DNA from: a virus
Virus record (IMG/VR): IMGVR_UViG_3300033151_000166
Span: 1 to 64,000 of that record
DNA: 64,000 bases
Direction: 5' to 3' (one strand)
Shown here: in pieces, positions 1 to 9,504 of the stretch
Layout of the letters: each line of letters opens with the position of its first letter
How positions within the stretch are numbered: the stretch's first letter is position 1
The notes under the pieces: model-generated
Seen by the model: the letters and a program-made list of their open reading frames with translations, nothing else
What the model was told of the DNA's origin: nothing
Database searches by the model: none
Translations under genes and position numbers: made by a program

Positions 1-1328
1 CCGTTTCTACTTTGAGCATCTATTGTTACCTTGTTACGTAAGTCTGTTGTGTGTATCACACCTGAAGAACTTCTAGAAATTCTAGCAACAGTACAAACAT
101 AATTTGTAAGTGTAGGGTCCTGTAAAAATAAACTCTCGTCTATAGACGTAAGCACACCAGTGTCAGTAAGATAAATAATACTTTGAAAGGCTGTTGCCCC
201 TAAAAGAATATCTTTTAGACCTAGAGTTAATTGTACACCATTAGAGTTAACCACAAAATCTGTATTTGTAGGATTAAGACTAAAGGTAGTAGAGTCTATC
301 TCTAGATAAGACTCATCTAGATCATAAAAACCTGGATTAATACTCTCAAGTCTATTGGTCTTAGTAGTATTAGTCGCAGTGTTCTGCTTCATAGTGGTCA
401 GCTCATTCCAAAGATCTGTCTGAGAACTTAAGGTTCCAGTTATCGCACCCCAAACTGCTTCACCTGTTCCACCACCACTGCTACCATCTATGTATACTCT
501 ACTCTTAGAAGTTTGAACCGTACCCTCAAGAACTGGTGAAAACCCATTATCATTTCCAACCTGCTCCTTAATATGATATTGTACAGTGTCATTCTCAGTT
601 AGACCTAAAGAGTTACTGTCAGTGAAAGACATTGCTAGAGTATCTGCAAACCCAGAAGTCAAAGTAACAATTCTAGCTTCTGATATGGTTCCATTATTTA
701 CGCTATAACCAAAGACTATTTGACCAGGTTTATTACTGTCATTAGTTACGTAGTACTCAACATCTAAGTGTACAGCTACTCCTGCCTCAGTGTCCTCTGG
801 AATTGTAGTTTCCAGCAGCACGACCTCTACCCAAGAGTCTTGAATTATATAGTCCTGGTTATTAGTAGTTTTTACTTCCCAACCTGGCGCTGGTGGAGCG
901 ACAGTGTATAGAACACCTTCACTGTTAACGTATACTTGTTGACCATCCATGCCGCCAAGCCCAGAGATCATTAAAGAACTACCATAGATCTCAGCTCTAC
1001 CACTAGCGAGTAATAGAGCACCGTTAGCTAGATCATAGCTACCGTCCTGACTGTAGACTATAAAAGGACTACCGGTAGATGATACACCTATAAGTCCTGC
1101 CAACTGCTTAGCACTGTCAAGCATAACTATCATTTGCTCATTAAGATTTAAAGCCGCGTTTAGTGTAGGATCATCTTCATCGGCTAAGACTGTGTCTAGC
1201 GAATTAAGAGTATCTAATGAGTCTAGAGTAATCTGTCTTACGTCTGCTGCTGATATATCACCACTAGTGTTGTCTGCTAATAGTGCTGCTATGTCATCAC
1301 GTATTTGCTGAACCGTCTTGATTGCCAT
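1..1328 (-). CDS. Virion fibre/appendage protein, 3'-truncated by the window edge (not in ORF track)
   Basis: ATG at 1328 with AAGGA RBS; frame open to the window edge. Starts MAIKTVQQIRDDIAALLADNTSGDISAADVR and contains GGGTGEAVWGAITGTLSSQTDL, motifs I recall from phage fibre proteins. Confidence 0.7.
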   Translation of the reverse strand, partial: MAIKTVQQIRDDIAALLADNTSGDISAADVRQITLDSLDTLNSLDTVLADEDDPTLNAALNLNEQMIVMLDSAKQLAGLIGVSSTGSPFIVYSQDGSYDLANGALLLASGRAEIYGSSLMISGLGGMDGQQVYVNSEGVLYTVAPPAPGWEVKTTNNQDYIIQDSWVEVVLLETTIPEDTEAGVAVHLDVEYYVTNDSNKPGQIVFGYSVNNGTISEARIVTLTSGFADTLAMSFTDSNSLGLTENDTVQYHIKEQVGNDNGFSPVLEGTVQTSKSRVYIDGSSGGGTGEAVWGAITGTLSSQTDLWNELTTMKQNTATNTTKTNRLESINPGFYDLDESYLEIDSTTFSLNPTNTDFVVNSNGVQLTLGLKDILLGATAFQSIIYLTDTGVLTSIDESLFLQDPTLTNYVCTVARISRSSSGVIHTTDLRNKVTIDAQSRN

Positions 1329-1338
1329 TGTATGTCCT

Positions 1339-3696
1339 TTAATTAAATGCTGAGCTGAAGGCTGAATTAAACTGAGCTACTAGAGCTAGACTCTGTACAT
1401 CAGCTTCACCAAGTATATTACTTGAGCTAAACTTGTCTAAATCCCCAGCACTTTGTAACGTTGCTTCAGCGCTTAGACTACTTGCTAGATACTTACTCAA
1501 TCCGCCTGTAGTTAAGACACTTGCGTTGCCTTGTAGACTAGCACTTAGTAATCTTGTTCTTATACCTATAGCTGTCATTGAGGCTGTCTCTAATAATACA
1601 GATCTAGCTCCTATATCTTTAATACCAGTAACTAAGGTTCCAGCGTTTGCTTGTAAGTGAACTGAGATATCTAGATTTAAAGACGCGCTAGTTCTAACTT
1701 TGGCCTCGCCACTTAGTAACGCTTGACCAGCAGTGTTATTAACAAAGTACTCTATAGCAAGACTAGCTTGACCTGATAGTACACTGTTAGCTGGCAGTGT
1801 TAACCCTGATTTTGAATAGATATCAGCCGCCCCTTGTAAGTCAATGCTAGTCTGTAGCTCAAGACCGGCTGTTGACTCAATGATCGCCTCACTGAATAAA
1901 TTAGTTGAAGCACCATAAGATAGTGTAGCTACTGAATCAACATTGGCAACGCCAATTAAGTTACTTTGTAACCATACATTTAGTCTACCTAGAATAGTAA
2001 GATTAACCTCACCTAGTAACTGAGCCTCAGCAATCTTCGTAAGTCCAGCAGTTGTGTACATATAACTGAAGGCTCTTAAACTAGCTAAAGCTGTTATGTC
2101 TATACTACTAAGTATCTCAACGGTTGCTAAACCAGCTAGGTTAGCTGCTCCTGGTACATAAGTACCACCAGCTATGAGTAGATTAGCTGTAGCGACTAGA
2201 TGGGCCTCGGCTAAATGCTCAGTCTCGATAGACCCAAAGGTAGTCATCAATGCCTCGCCTAACAATTGACTTTCAGAGTATCTATCTAAAGTACTAAGTA
2301 TCGTGGTATTTGCTTCACCAAACAGTTGTGCTCTACCTGTTTTAACTCCCTCAACTACAATGCTTAGAACTGCTATACCTTGTAGATCAGATGACGCTAG
2401 TCTAAGTACTGAAGATGAAATATCACTAAGTGCATTAACGCTTAGATGAGCCTCAGCTGAAAGAGCCGCGACTACATTACCAGTGACAAATAGATCAGCA
2501 AGCCCACTTAAATGTGATGAATAGTGCGTGTCAGTACCAAACGTAACGGTCATATCAGCTGAACCACTAATGTGGCTACTTAAGTATTTATGTAGCGTAG
2601 AGTCACCAGAAAGAGTTGCTGAACCACTAAGATCAGAATCACTAAACAGATTTCGACCAGGAACACAGTTTAGTATTGAGATGGTTGTAAGTCTAGCCCT
2701 ACCAAACAGTACTGAAACAATGAGTCCTGAACCTTGTAAGTTAGCTGAACCTTGTAAGTTAGCTGAACCAAGTATAGTACTGGTAAGATCACAAGTAATA
2801 TCGGCTGAACCAAATAAGTGAGCTATGCCAAAGACACCTGGTTGTGTACGACCTGTTGCTATAAGATCTGCTGAACCAAGTAAACCAGCACTACCAAATA
2901 GTGACTTGTACAGTGTGACCATAATATCTAGTTGCGACTCCCCGTATAAGAAGGCTACGCCAAAGATAGTATCTTGTTCCACGACTGCACAACGTAATAA
3001 AGCCTCAGCTTGTAGGTGCGACTCTAAGCTGCGATATCTAGTCCCAACGACTTGTAAATCGGCTTGGCCGAAAAAAACTGCAGAGGCCGTTCCCCCTTCT
3101 ACAAGATTAGCATACAACTCAGCCGCTGCACTAAGTGCTCCGCTAGAAGTAAGTTCTATACCAGCTGAACTTGTTAAGTAGCTATAGCCTTGTAGTCTAG
3201 CTTTACTAGTCTCTGGCTCATCGGCTCCTACTTTAATATTGACAACACCCATAACGCTAAAGGTAATAGATGTTAGGTTATTACGCATCTGAGCTCTAGA
3301 TGTTAGAGCTTGTTCTACTGAACTGACAACAAACTTAATACCAGTCTCATTGAACTCTGATATAGGTTTCTTTAATCCAGCATACTCATAGATACATATA
3401 GCAGTGAAGCGCGGAGTATATAGCATGAAATCTGATAAGAGCTCATTAGTCTTAAGTGAGTTAGCATCTGATGTTTCAGCGAAAGAAATGAAGAGTCTGT
3501 AGTTTATAGTGGTAAAAGTCTTAGTATCTAGTTTCTCTTGAACCAGTATTAGCTGGTCCTTATTTTGTTGCATGAGCGTAGTGACACTCTCTATAGATGA
3601 CGTGTTAACAAACTTAAGATTGTTATCCTTAGCAAAGACATTACAGTGGTATTGAATACTAGCTGTAACATCAATTACTGATGCCTTACTTGCCAT
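1339..3696 (-). CDS. Neck/tail-completion-like N-terminal domain fused to ~30 copies of a ~22-aa beta-strand repeat (putative fibre scaffold)
   Basis: Follows the adaptor and stopper genes. Residues ~165-775 repeat [SA]xLxGxAx[LIV]; ends FNSAFSSAFN. Confidence 0.65.
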   Translation of the reverse strand: MASKASVIDVTASIQYHCNVFAKDNNLKFVNTSSIESVTTLMQQNKDQLILVQEKLDTKTFTTINYRLFISFAETSDANSLKTNELLSDFMLYTPRFTAICIYEYAGLKKPISEFNETGIKFVVSSVEQALTSRAQMRNNLTSITFSVMGVVNIKVGADEPETSKARLQGYSYLTSSAGIELTSSGALSAAAELYANLVEGGTASAVFFGQADLQVVGTRYRSLESHLQAEALLRCAVVEQDTIFGVAFLYGESQLDIMVTLYKSLFGSAGLLGSADLIATGRTQPGVFGIAHLFGSADITCDLTSTILGSANLQGSANLQGSGLIVSVLFGRARLTTISILNCVPGRNLFSDSDLSGSATLSGDSTLHKYLSSHISGSADMTVTFGTDTHYSSHLSGLADLFVTGNVVAALSAEAHLSVNALSDISSSVLRLASSDLQGIAVLSIVVEGVKTGRAQLFGEANTTILSTLDRYSESQLLGEALMTTFGSIETEHLAEAHLVATANLLIAGGTYVPGAANLAGLATVEILSSIDITALASLRAFSYMYTTAGLTKIAEAQLLGEVNLTILGRLNVWLQSNLIGVANVDSVATLSYGASTNLFSEAIIESTAGLELQTSIDLQGAADIYSKSGLTLPANSVLSGQASLAIEYFVNNTAGQALLSGEAKVRTSASLNLDISVHLQANAGTLVTGIKDIGARSVLLETASMTAIGIRTRLLSASLQGNASVLTTGGLSKYLASSLSAEATLQSAGDLDKFSSSNILGEADVQSLALVAQFNSAFSSAFN
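2727..2769. repeat. 18-bp tandem repeat (2.4 copies) encoding SANLQG-SANLQG
   Basis: CTGAACCTTGTAAGTTAG x2 followed by CTGAACC. Confidence 0.9.
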
Positions 3697-4307
3697 TATA
3701 GATCCTGAGTCGCTCGAATTTTAATCACGCCATAGTCGTTGGTACTAGACATAACCTTGTAAGCATTTCCCTTGTAATAGATCGTAAAGGGGGCTTGGTA
3801 ATCTTGTAGTTGTGCTTGTGCTAGAATAAATGTTTGCTCAAAAGCATCAACTGCCTGAGCAGTCGGTTGTACACGTTCTTTACGGTCAAAGGAATCCAAG
3901 TAACAGTGGAAATCGTTATCAAAAATAAGATCAACATTGCCGTCCACCAAAGTGGTATTGCCATCTGTGCTAAGTCCATCTGTGACATCTCCTAGCGCAT
4001 TCTCTCTGGTTATTAGGGCTTTAATACCTACACGCTCATTAGCAGGCATTAGTTGATACTCGAACATGTTCTTGTTAGATCGCTCAAGGAAATGCTTGTA
4101 TACTAACCATGGTTGGTTATGAATAAACATCATGAGTCCATCTATAGTAGGATTGCTACTAGACGTAATATATAGCAAGAATTTATCGCTTGTTAGTGGA
4201 TCCTGTTGTAAGCTATAAGACTTGTGAAATACGTTACCAGTATATTTAGCTGGTATGAAAAAATCTACTTTCTTCTGAAATCTACTGCGGACTGCTGAAA
4301 TTTCCAT
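3696..4307 (-). CDS. Putative head-closure (stopper) protein
   Basis: Synteny after the adaptor; beta-rich C-terminus (FTIYYKGNAYKVMSS); TAATG coupling to neighbours. Confidence 0.5.
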   Translation of the reverse strand: MEISAVRSRFQKKVDFFIPAKYTGNVFHKSYSLQQDPLTSDKFLLYITSSSNPTIDGLMMFIHNQPWLVYKHFLERSNKNMFEYQLMPANERVGIKALITRENALGDVTDGLSTDGNTTLVDGNVDLIFDNDFHCYLDSFDRKERVQPTAQAVDAFEQTFILAQAQLQDYQAPFTIYYKGNAYKVMSSTNDYGVIKIRATQDL

Positions 4308-4696
4308 TATCTTGCGTCCTGTGTCACAGGGTCTACATCTGGAGTCACAATACTGAAACGACTTACTGACACATTGATATCAGTTGGGTTCTCTATCTCA
4401 GCTACTTTGTCTTTAGCTAACTGTATTAGTTCACGAAGCGTATCAAAACGTGTGAGCTCATTAAAGTTATCTTTGATCTTCTCTGGTACAGCTAAGAGTA
4501 TATACGACTCAAGCATTACTATAGCTTTATAACCCATAGCGTACTTTTGTACTGTAGCTGGTACAGTGCTTACGTCATAGCCTGCTAGCCACTCTTCAGT
4601 ATAGCTGATTAAGTCTAGGTCATCAATAACTGAGTCTGGTAATTCAGCCTCTGACAATCCCGATATCGCTCGAATAAATGAATGTGTAATTGTCAT
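4307..4696 (-). CDS. Putative head-tail adaptor/connector
   Basis: 129 aa, helical, IRAISGLSEAELPDSVID pattern; typical position downstream of the MCP; AAGGAG RBS. Confidence 0.55.
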   Translation of the reverse strand: MTITHSFIRAISGLSEAELPDSVIDDLDLISYTEEWLAGYDVSTVPATVQKYAMGYKAIVMLESYILLAVPEKIKDNFNELTRFDTLRELIQLAKDKVAEIENPTDINVSVSRFSIVTPDVDPVTQDAR

Positions 4697-4710
4697 AGAA
4701 GCTCCTTAAC

Positions 4711-4732
4711 ACAAAAGCCCAGCGGCTTCTGC
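4711..4732 (-). terminator. Stem-loop after the capsid genes (probable partial terminator)
   Basis: Minus-strand GCAGAAGCC-GCTG-GGCTTTTGT stem with G-U pairs. Confidence 0.45.
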
Positions 4733-4740
4733 ATAAAGAG

Positions 4741-5079
4741 TTACTTTTTAGGTTCGTCTTTCTTTGGTTCTTTTTTAGCATCTGCTTCCGCTTTTGCTTT
4801 TGCTTCTGCCATTACTTTAGCGTCTGCTGCATCGAACTCAGCTTTGTCAGCTGCTACTTGCTCAGCTTTTTCAGCTTCTACTCTAGCAGTCTTCTTAGCT
4901 TTAGCTTGTGGTGATAGTTCTTTATCAGAAGCTTTTTCAACCTCTACCAAGTGACCATCATTAACTAACTGACGAATGTGGAGAGAAGAACGAACGTCAA
5001 AGACGTCCTTTCCACTCAAACATACTTTTTGATGTTGCTCCCAAAATACCTTTTTAGGTTCTTTAAGTTTAACTAGCAT
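4741..5079 (-). CDS. Hypothetical head-module protein with Ala/Lys/Glu-rich tail
   Basis: 112-aa ORF with GGAGG RBS directly after the MCP gene. Confidence 0.6.
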   Translation of the reverse strand: MLVKLKEPKKVFWEQHQKVCLSGKDVFDVRSSLHIRQLVNDGHLVEVEKASDKELSPQAKAKKTARVEAEKAEQVAADKAEFDAADAKVMAEAKAKAEADAKKEPKKDEPKK

Positions 5080-5094
5080 AGTCCACCTCCAGCT

Positions 5095-6255
5095 TTACGC
5101 TGAGAGCTTCAAGACGAATGTAGCGTCATTGAAGATACGGCTGATCTCATCAGAGATAGAGATTACTACTGAATCAAACTGCTGAGTGATAATACGCTCA
5201 GACTCTTGAATGTCAGTACCAGCTTGGATAACACGCTCAAGAGCATATTGCTTGTCAAGTGTGAACACGTGATCTTCAGGAATAGTACCATCTGTCATTG
5301 GGAAGATAGTAACATTTTCCCACATTCCACGTGAAACCTGGATGTTCTGACCAACTGGACCTTGCTTAAGAGCTGCCATCATTGCTACTGGGTCAACGTC
5401 TGGCTTCTCCATCATGATGATCTTAAGTGCTGTATCAAGTGAACAGTAGTAAACTGAACAGTGGTATGGACGGAAACTTGCAGTCCACTTCAACCATGCA
5501 GTGTAAGTAATCTTACCACCAGTTGCTGCTGCGTCTAGTGAGCTAGACTCAGTAACTGTTGTACCGTTGAAACCGATAGCCATTGCTTTCTTGAATAAGT
5601 CCATAGACTGAGTAAGCATGATACGAGAGATAACGATTGAAAGGATATCAATTGTAGCTTCGCGCTGGAACTCATAAGACATGTCAATTTGGACACCACG
5701 TTTGTAAACTGATTTAGCACTTTCTTCCCATGCAATTTGAACACGAGGGAATGTACCGAATTCACCAACACGACCCATAGCATACTGATCACGATCTACT
5801 TGATCTGACTGGCCTGCTTTAGTGTCAATCCATAACTCTTTGTAAGTTGTACCTTGGATTGTACGTGTAGTTGCTAAAAGGTTGTTGACATCATAGTCTT
5901 GATCTTTTAGTAGTGCCATACGTGCAACACGAGAAACGAACTCAGGGAACAAGATACGAGATTCAGGCACATCAGTTTGAAGTGGCTGGTTATCAGCGTA
6001 GTTGTAATCCGCAGATGCTTTAAGGAAGTCTTCAACAGTTGATGCGTAGATACCTTTTTCTGGGATAGACTTAGTAACAATACCAAAACGCTGCAGTTGA
6101 CGCTCAAATGCATCTAGCTTATCGTCAGACGCAGACGGGTTAACGCGCTCAAGGTACTGAGACAATGACATACGACGCGTTGCAGCGTCATTATACATAG
6201 CTGGCGAGAGTTGAACCTCTGCTGCCGTTGCTACTGATTTAATTTTCTTAGGCAT
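5095..6255 (-). CDS. Major capsid protein (HK97 fold)
   Basis: 386 aa; follows the protease and decoration genes; RVGEFGTFP..K(R)GVQIDMSYE pattern; AAGGAGG RBS. Confidence 0.85.
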   Translation of the reverse strand: MPKKIKSVATAAEVQLSPAMYNDAATRRMSLSQYLERVNPSASDDKLDAFERQLQRFGIVTKSIPEKGIYASTVEDFLKASADYNYADNQPLQTDVPESRILFPEFVSRVARMALLKDQDYDVNNLLATTRTIQGTTYKELWIDTKAGQSDQVDRDQYAMGRVGEFGTFPRVQIAWEESAKSVYKRGVQIDMSYEFQREATIDILSIVISRIMLTQSMDLFKKAMAIGFNGTTVTESSSLDAAATGGKITYTAWLKWTASFRPYHCSVYYCSLDTALKIIMMEKPDVDPVAMMAALKQGPVGQNIQVSRGMWENVTIFPMTDGTIPEDHVFTLDKQYALERVIQAGTDIQESERIITQQFDSVVISISDEISRIFNDATFVLKLSA

Positions 6256-6265
6256 TTAGGCCTCC

Positions 6266-6649
6266 TTAGATTAAGAAGAAGACGGCTACGTCTTCATCTG
6301 CTGCTGTTGCTTGTGTCAATGTAATACACTTAGTAACTTCTGTACCTGCACCTGCTTTAACATAGTCAGTTGTTGCGCCGACTGTTACTGCAACACCAGC
6401 TGCGATAGCTGCAGTTGCTTTAAACGAGTGAACACCAGAGAAGTCAACAGTACAAATGTTGTCATTAGCATTAACAGTACGAAGTACCATAAATTGAGCT
6501 GCGTCAACAGTTGCTGCAACGACTACACCTGTGGCATTAATCATAACAAAGTTTCCAATGTCAGATTTAGTAAGAGCCGGGTCCATAGGCATGGTAAGTA
6601 CACGTTTTAGAGTATACTGACCTTTGTAGAGTAAGTCTGGGTATGCCAT
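6266..6649 (-). CDS. Capsid decoration/cement protein
   Basis: 127 aa, Ala/Val/Thr-rich (ATAAIAAGVAV; ATAADEDVAV), between protease and MCP. Confidence 0.7.
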   Translation of the reverse strand: MAYPDLLYKGQYTLKRVLTMPMDPALTKSDIGNFVMINATGVVVAATVDAAQFMVLRTVNANDNICTVDFSGVHSFKATAAIAAGVAVTVGATTDYVKAGAGTEVTKCITLTQATAADEDVAVFFLI

Positions 6650-6658
6650 AGTGTCTCC

Positions 6659-7708
6659 TTATACTTCGTAAGCTGCAGCTGGCATGCTGTAAGCTTCTGG
6701 TTCGTCATTGTCAGTAGTCTGACGGCCTGTTGGAAGAGCTTTCGCTTTTGCCAAGTATGTATCAAGATCAGCAAACAGTGCAACTAAGTCTGTTGGAGCT
6801 GTATAGTTCTCAGCAAAAGGAACTGCTAACGCAGTGACCTTTTCACCTAGAGAACTAACTGCTTCAGTATACTTAGTAGCTGCTTCTTCTGAAGCTGCGA
6901 TAGCCTCATCACGAGCTGTCACTGCTGTATCATATTGATTTGCTTTATCAAGTAGGTCTATGTTCTTCTCACGAAAGCTTAGGTTGTCTTCTTTAAGTCC
7001 AACGATCGCCTCACGTGATTCAGCATAGCTGTCTTGTAGAGCTTTCAATTCCTCTTCAGTCATTGTAGGTCCTTCGTTATTTTTTACTTCAAACTTGTTT
7101 TGCTCGAAAGAACTAGCATGGACAACCTCTAAACTACCTTCAGCAAAATTGAGAGCGTTCTTGGTAAAGAAATCTTCCTTACTAGATGCTTCAATTACCT
7201 TCGCTTCTTGTACAGCTCCAGAATAAACTAAGCTACCTTCAGAAGCTTTGATATCATCTAACATCACATAACAAGTCTCTTCACCAATAGTTTGACCCTG
7301 ATTATCTTTAGTCTCATATGATCTGCCAGGATAGTGGCTACAGTTTTCATAGTCTCCAATATCGTGACCACAAATAGAACAGTCGTGTTTACTAGCACTA
7401 AAGCCAATAGATACACTATCAAGAATACCAGTATCGATGCGTGTTTTAATGTCATCATATTCGATAATCCCTTGAGGTACAAAGAACTTAGCTTGAACTT
7501 GCTCGCTCTTTACCTCTGCTTCATACCACTGACCAACTGGTAAACCACCAGAGTTATGAGCTAGTAGTAGGGGTAAGCCTTTCTCATTAATGTGCTGCGC
7601 TACTTGAGCTAAGGCGTTCTCACGAAAACGTGTGTTATATGATGTAGGCTTCATATCGATAAAGACTGTCTTTACCTTATAAGCGCCTTCAGTTGGTGTC
7701 TTTGGCAT
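6659..7708 (-). CDS. Prohead protease with C-terminal scaffold
   Basis: LLLAHN...PVG and IDTGILDSVSIGF followed by CSICG...CSHYPG, then an acidic coiled-coil tail. Confidence 0.85.
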   Translation of the reverse strand: MPKTPTEGAYKVKTVFIDMKPTSYNTRFRENALAQVAQHINEKGLPLLLAHNSGGLPVGQWYEAEVKSEQVQAKFFVPQGIIEYDDIKTRIDTGILDSVSIGFSASKHDCSICGHDIGDYENCSHYPGRSYETKDNQGQTIGEETCYVMLDDIKASEGSLVYSGAVQEAKVIEASSKEDFFTKNALNFAEGSLEVVHASSFEQNKFEVKNNEGPTMTEEELKALQDSYAESREAIVGLKEDNLSFREKNIDLLDKANQYDTAVTARDEAIAASEEAATKYTEAVSSLGEKVTALAVPFAENYTAPTDLVALFADLDTYLAKAKALPTGRQTTDNDEPEAYSMPAAAYEV

Positions 7709-7723
7709 TATAGATCCTTTATG

Positions 7724-9142
7724 TTAAGATGACGACTCATTGCCACGAGTGTCTCCTGCTCCGTCACCGCCTGTTACAGACCGCCCTAGTGGGTCTTCAT
7801 TAGGTGAAATATTTTCTGTGTCTACTTCAGGTCCACCATCTAGAAACAGTGTCCCTGATAAATCGTTCTCTGGAAGATGATCAATACCAAGTTCTTGAGC
7901 TGCCTCAGAGTCAGTGATGTGCCCAAAGCTTTGCAGTTGTAGAATTCTATTCTGTTTAGCAAGTCTTTGTGGTTCTAACTCTAAGTCTGGTCTAAGATTG
8001 ATTGATCTGTGTCTAACTTTGATCGAACCTTTAAGTCCCATAAGACGTGCACTCAATGTATAGGCTTGTGACATAAGCTTGTCTGCACGTTGTTGTAAGA
8101 AGGTTGGAGTATTGATAAACACCATAGTCTCAACTGAGGCGATGTTCTGTGAGCCTGAGCTTGCTTTACCTAGAATAGAAGGTAAGACCTTAAGACTAGA
8201 AGTTAGTTGACTATCAAGAACATCAACAATAGGTCTGAAGTCTACAGTCATACTACCTTGAGTGGATAAGTAGTCTACCTCGATAGAGTCAAAGATAACG
8301 ATAGCATCTTCTGGATTCAATTGAGCAAGACCTGTAGAGATATCGTTCTTCTGTTTAACGACCCACTTCTCAAGCTTCTCAGGATCCATGCGTATATCAG
8401 CTGGAGCATTCTTAATTAGAACATCTTCCAGTATAGTTACTTTGTGTCTAGGATAGCCCGCGCGTCTAATGACTCTTTGAATATCCGTAATAACCGTCTG
8501 CTTAAAAGTAACAGCTTGAATAGCTGCCAATAGAGGTGACTCTGATTGTGCTTGATCTGGATGCAAGTCAAGGTTACCGTAGAAGAAGGTTGGTATGTCA
8601 AGATTGATCTCTGTGCCCGCCGCTTCTTGAAAGGGTATGAATACACCATTCTTCTTACGCCATTTAATCTCTTTAGCTGCAACAGGGATATATCTAGTAG
8701 GTAGCTTGAACTCATCCAAGATAACTTCTAAACCAAGTCCACCAAACATGAACAGTTGCATCATGATTTGAACTGATAACTCTCTAGGATCGGGAGCTCC
8801 TACTGTTGATAACCAAGTAGCATCTAGTACTGCGATAAACTGTTTGGTCTTATCAGCATCGTACTCACCTTTTTCATTAACGAAGTATATGTCAATTTCA
8901 GTGTCTGCAAATCTAAGCACTGACCAGATAGCATTTGAACTATCGGCGTCGTACTTCTGTAGGTTCTTTAAAACTGTCTGAGTGTCTCCAGACGATCTAA
9001 TAGTGGTAGGATCAAAGTAGGCTGAGAAAGTGGCTGGTGAATACTTGTCGCCCTCTTTAACCTCAGTCTGAGTCTTAGGCTTGTTAGATGCTTTAGCACC
9101 CTTAAACAAGTTCTTAAGAGTCGGTAATTTTAAAAATTTCAA
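7724..9142 (-). CDS. Portal protein
   Basis: 472 aa between terminase and protease; LFMFGGLGLEV, VLPSILG and G(H)IT..EAAQELG portal-like motifs; TTG start with AAAGGA RBS. Confidence 0.85.
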   Translation of the reverse strand: MKFLKLPTLKNLFKGAKASNKPKTQTEVKEGDKYSPATFSAYFDPTTIRSSGDTQTVLKNLQKYDADSSNAIWSVLRFADTEIDIYFVNEKGEYDADKTKQFIAVLDATWLSTVGAPDPRELSVQIMMQLFMFGGLGLEVILDEFKLPTRYIPVAAKEIKWRKKNGVFIPFQEAAGTEINLDIPTFFYGNLDLHPDQAQSESPLLAAIQAVTFKQTVITDIQRVIRRAGYPRHKVTILEDVLIKNAPADIRMDPEKLEKWVVKQKNDISTGLAQLNPEDAIVIFDSIEVDYLSTQGSMTVDFRPIVDVLDSQLTSSLKVLPSILGKASSGSQNIASVETMVFINTPTFLQQRADKLMSQAYTLSARLMGLKGSIKVRHRSINLRPDLELEPQRLAKQNRILQLQSFGHITDSEAAQELGIDHLPENDLSGTLFLDGGPEVDTENISPNEDPLGRSVTGGDGAGDTRGNESSS

Positions 9143-9157
9143 GTCCTGTCCTTTAGA

Positions 9158-9466
9158 TTAGTTTTCTGGTCCAGTTACATCACTACCAAACAAGCTTCCA
9201 CCACCGACTGTCTGAGTCTCATTAACTGTCGCTTTAGCATCAATGGCTACACCAGTCGGGCTTTTATCTTGTGTTCTAGTTGAACCCTGACTCTCGCTAT
9301 CTATAGCAATAGGATTTCTTGCAGCTGAAGAGTGGACACGTTGTGTCTGCTGAACCTCTACAACTAAATCTCCACAAGCAACAAACATGCTAGCACTGAA
9401 CATTAACAAGATAATGTATAGATACAAATTTACAATCTTTTTATTTATCTGCATACTAGCCTCCAA
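9158..9466 (-). CDS. Putative lipoprotein
   Basis: KK plus hydrophobic stretch plus lipobox FVA-C-G; low-complexity mature part; GGAGG RBS. Confidence 0.6.
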   Translation of the reverse strand: MEASMQINKKIVNLYLYIILLMFSASMFVACGDLVVEVQQTQRVHSSAARNPIAIDSESQGSTRTQDKSPTGVAIDAKATVNETQTVGGGSLFGSDVTGPEN

Positions 9467-9504
9467 TATTTTGTAGGTTATAGTATGTGCAGACTATCGG
9501 GCAA

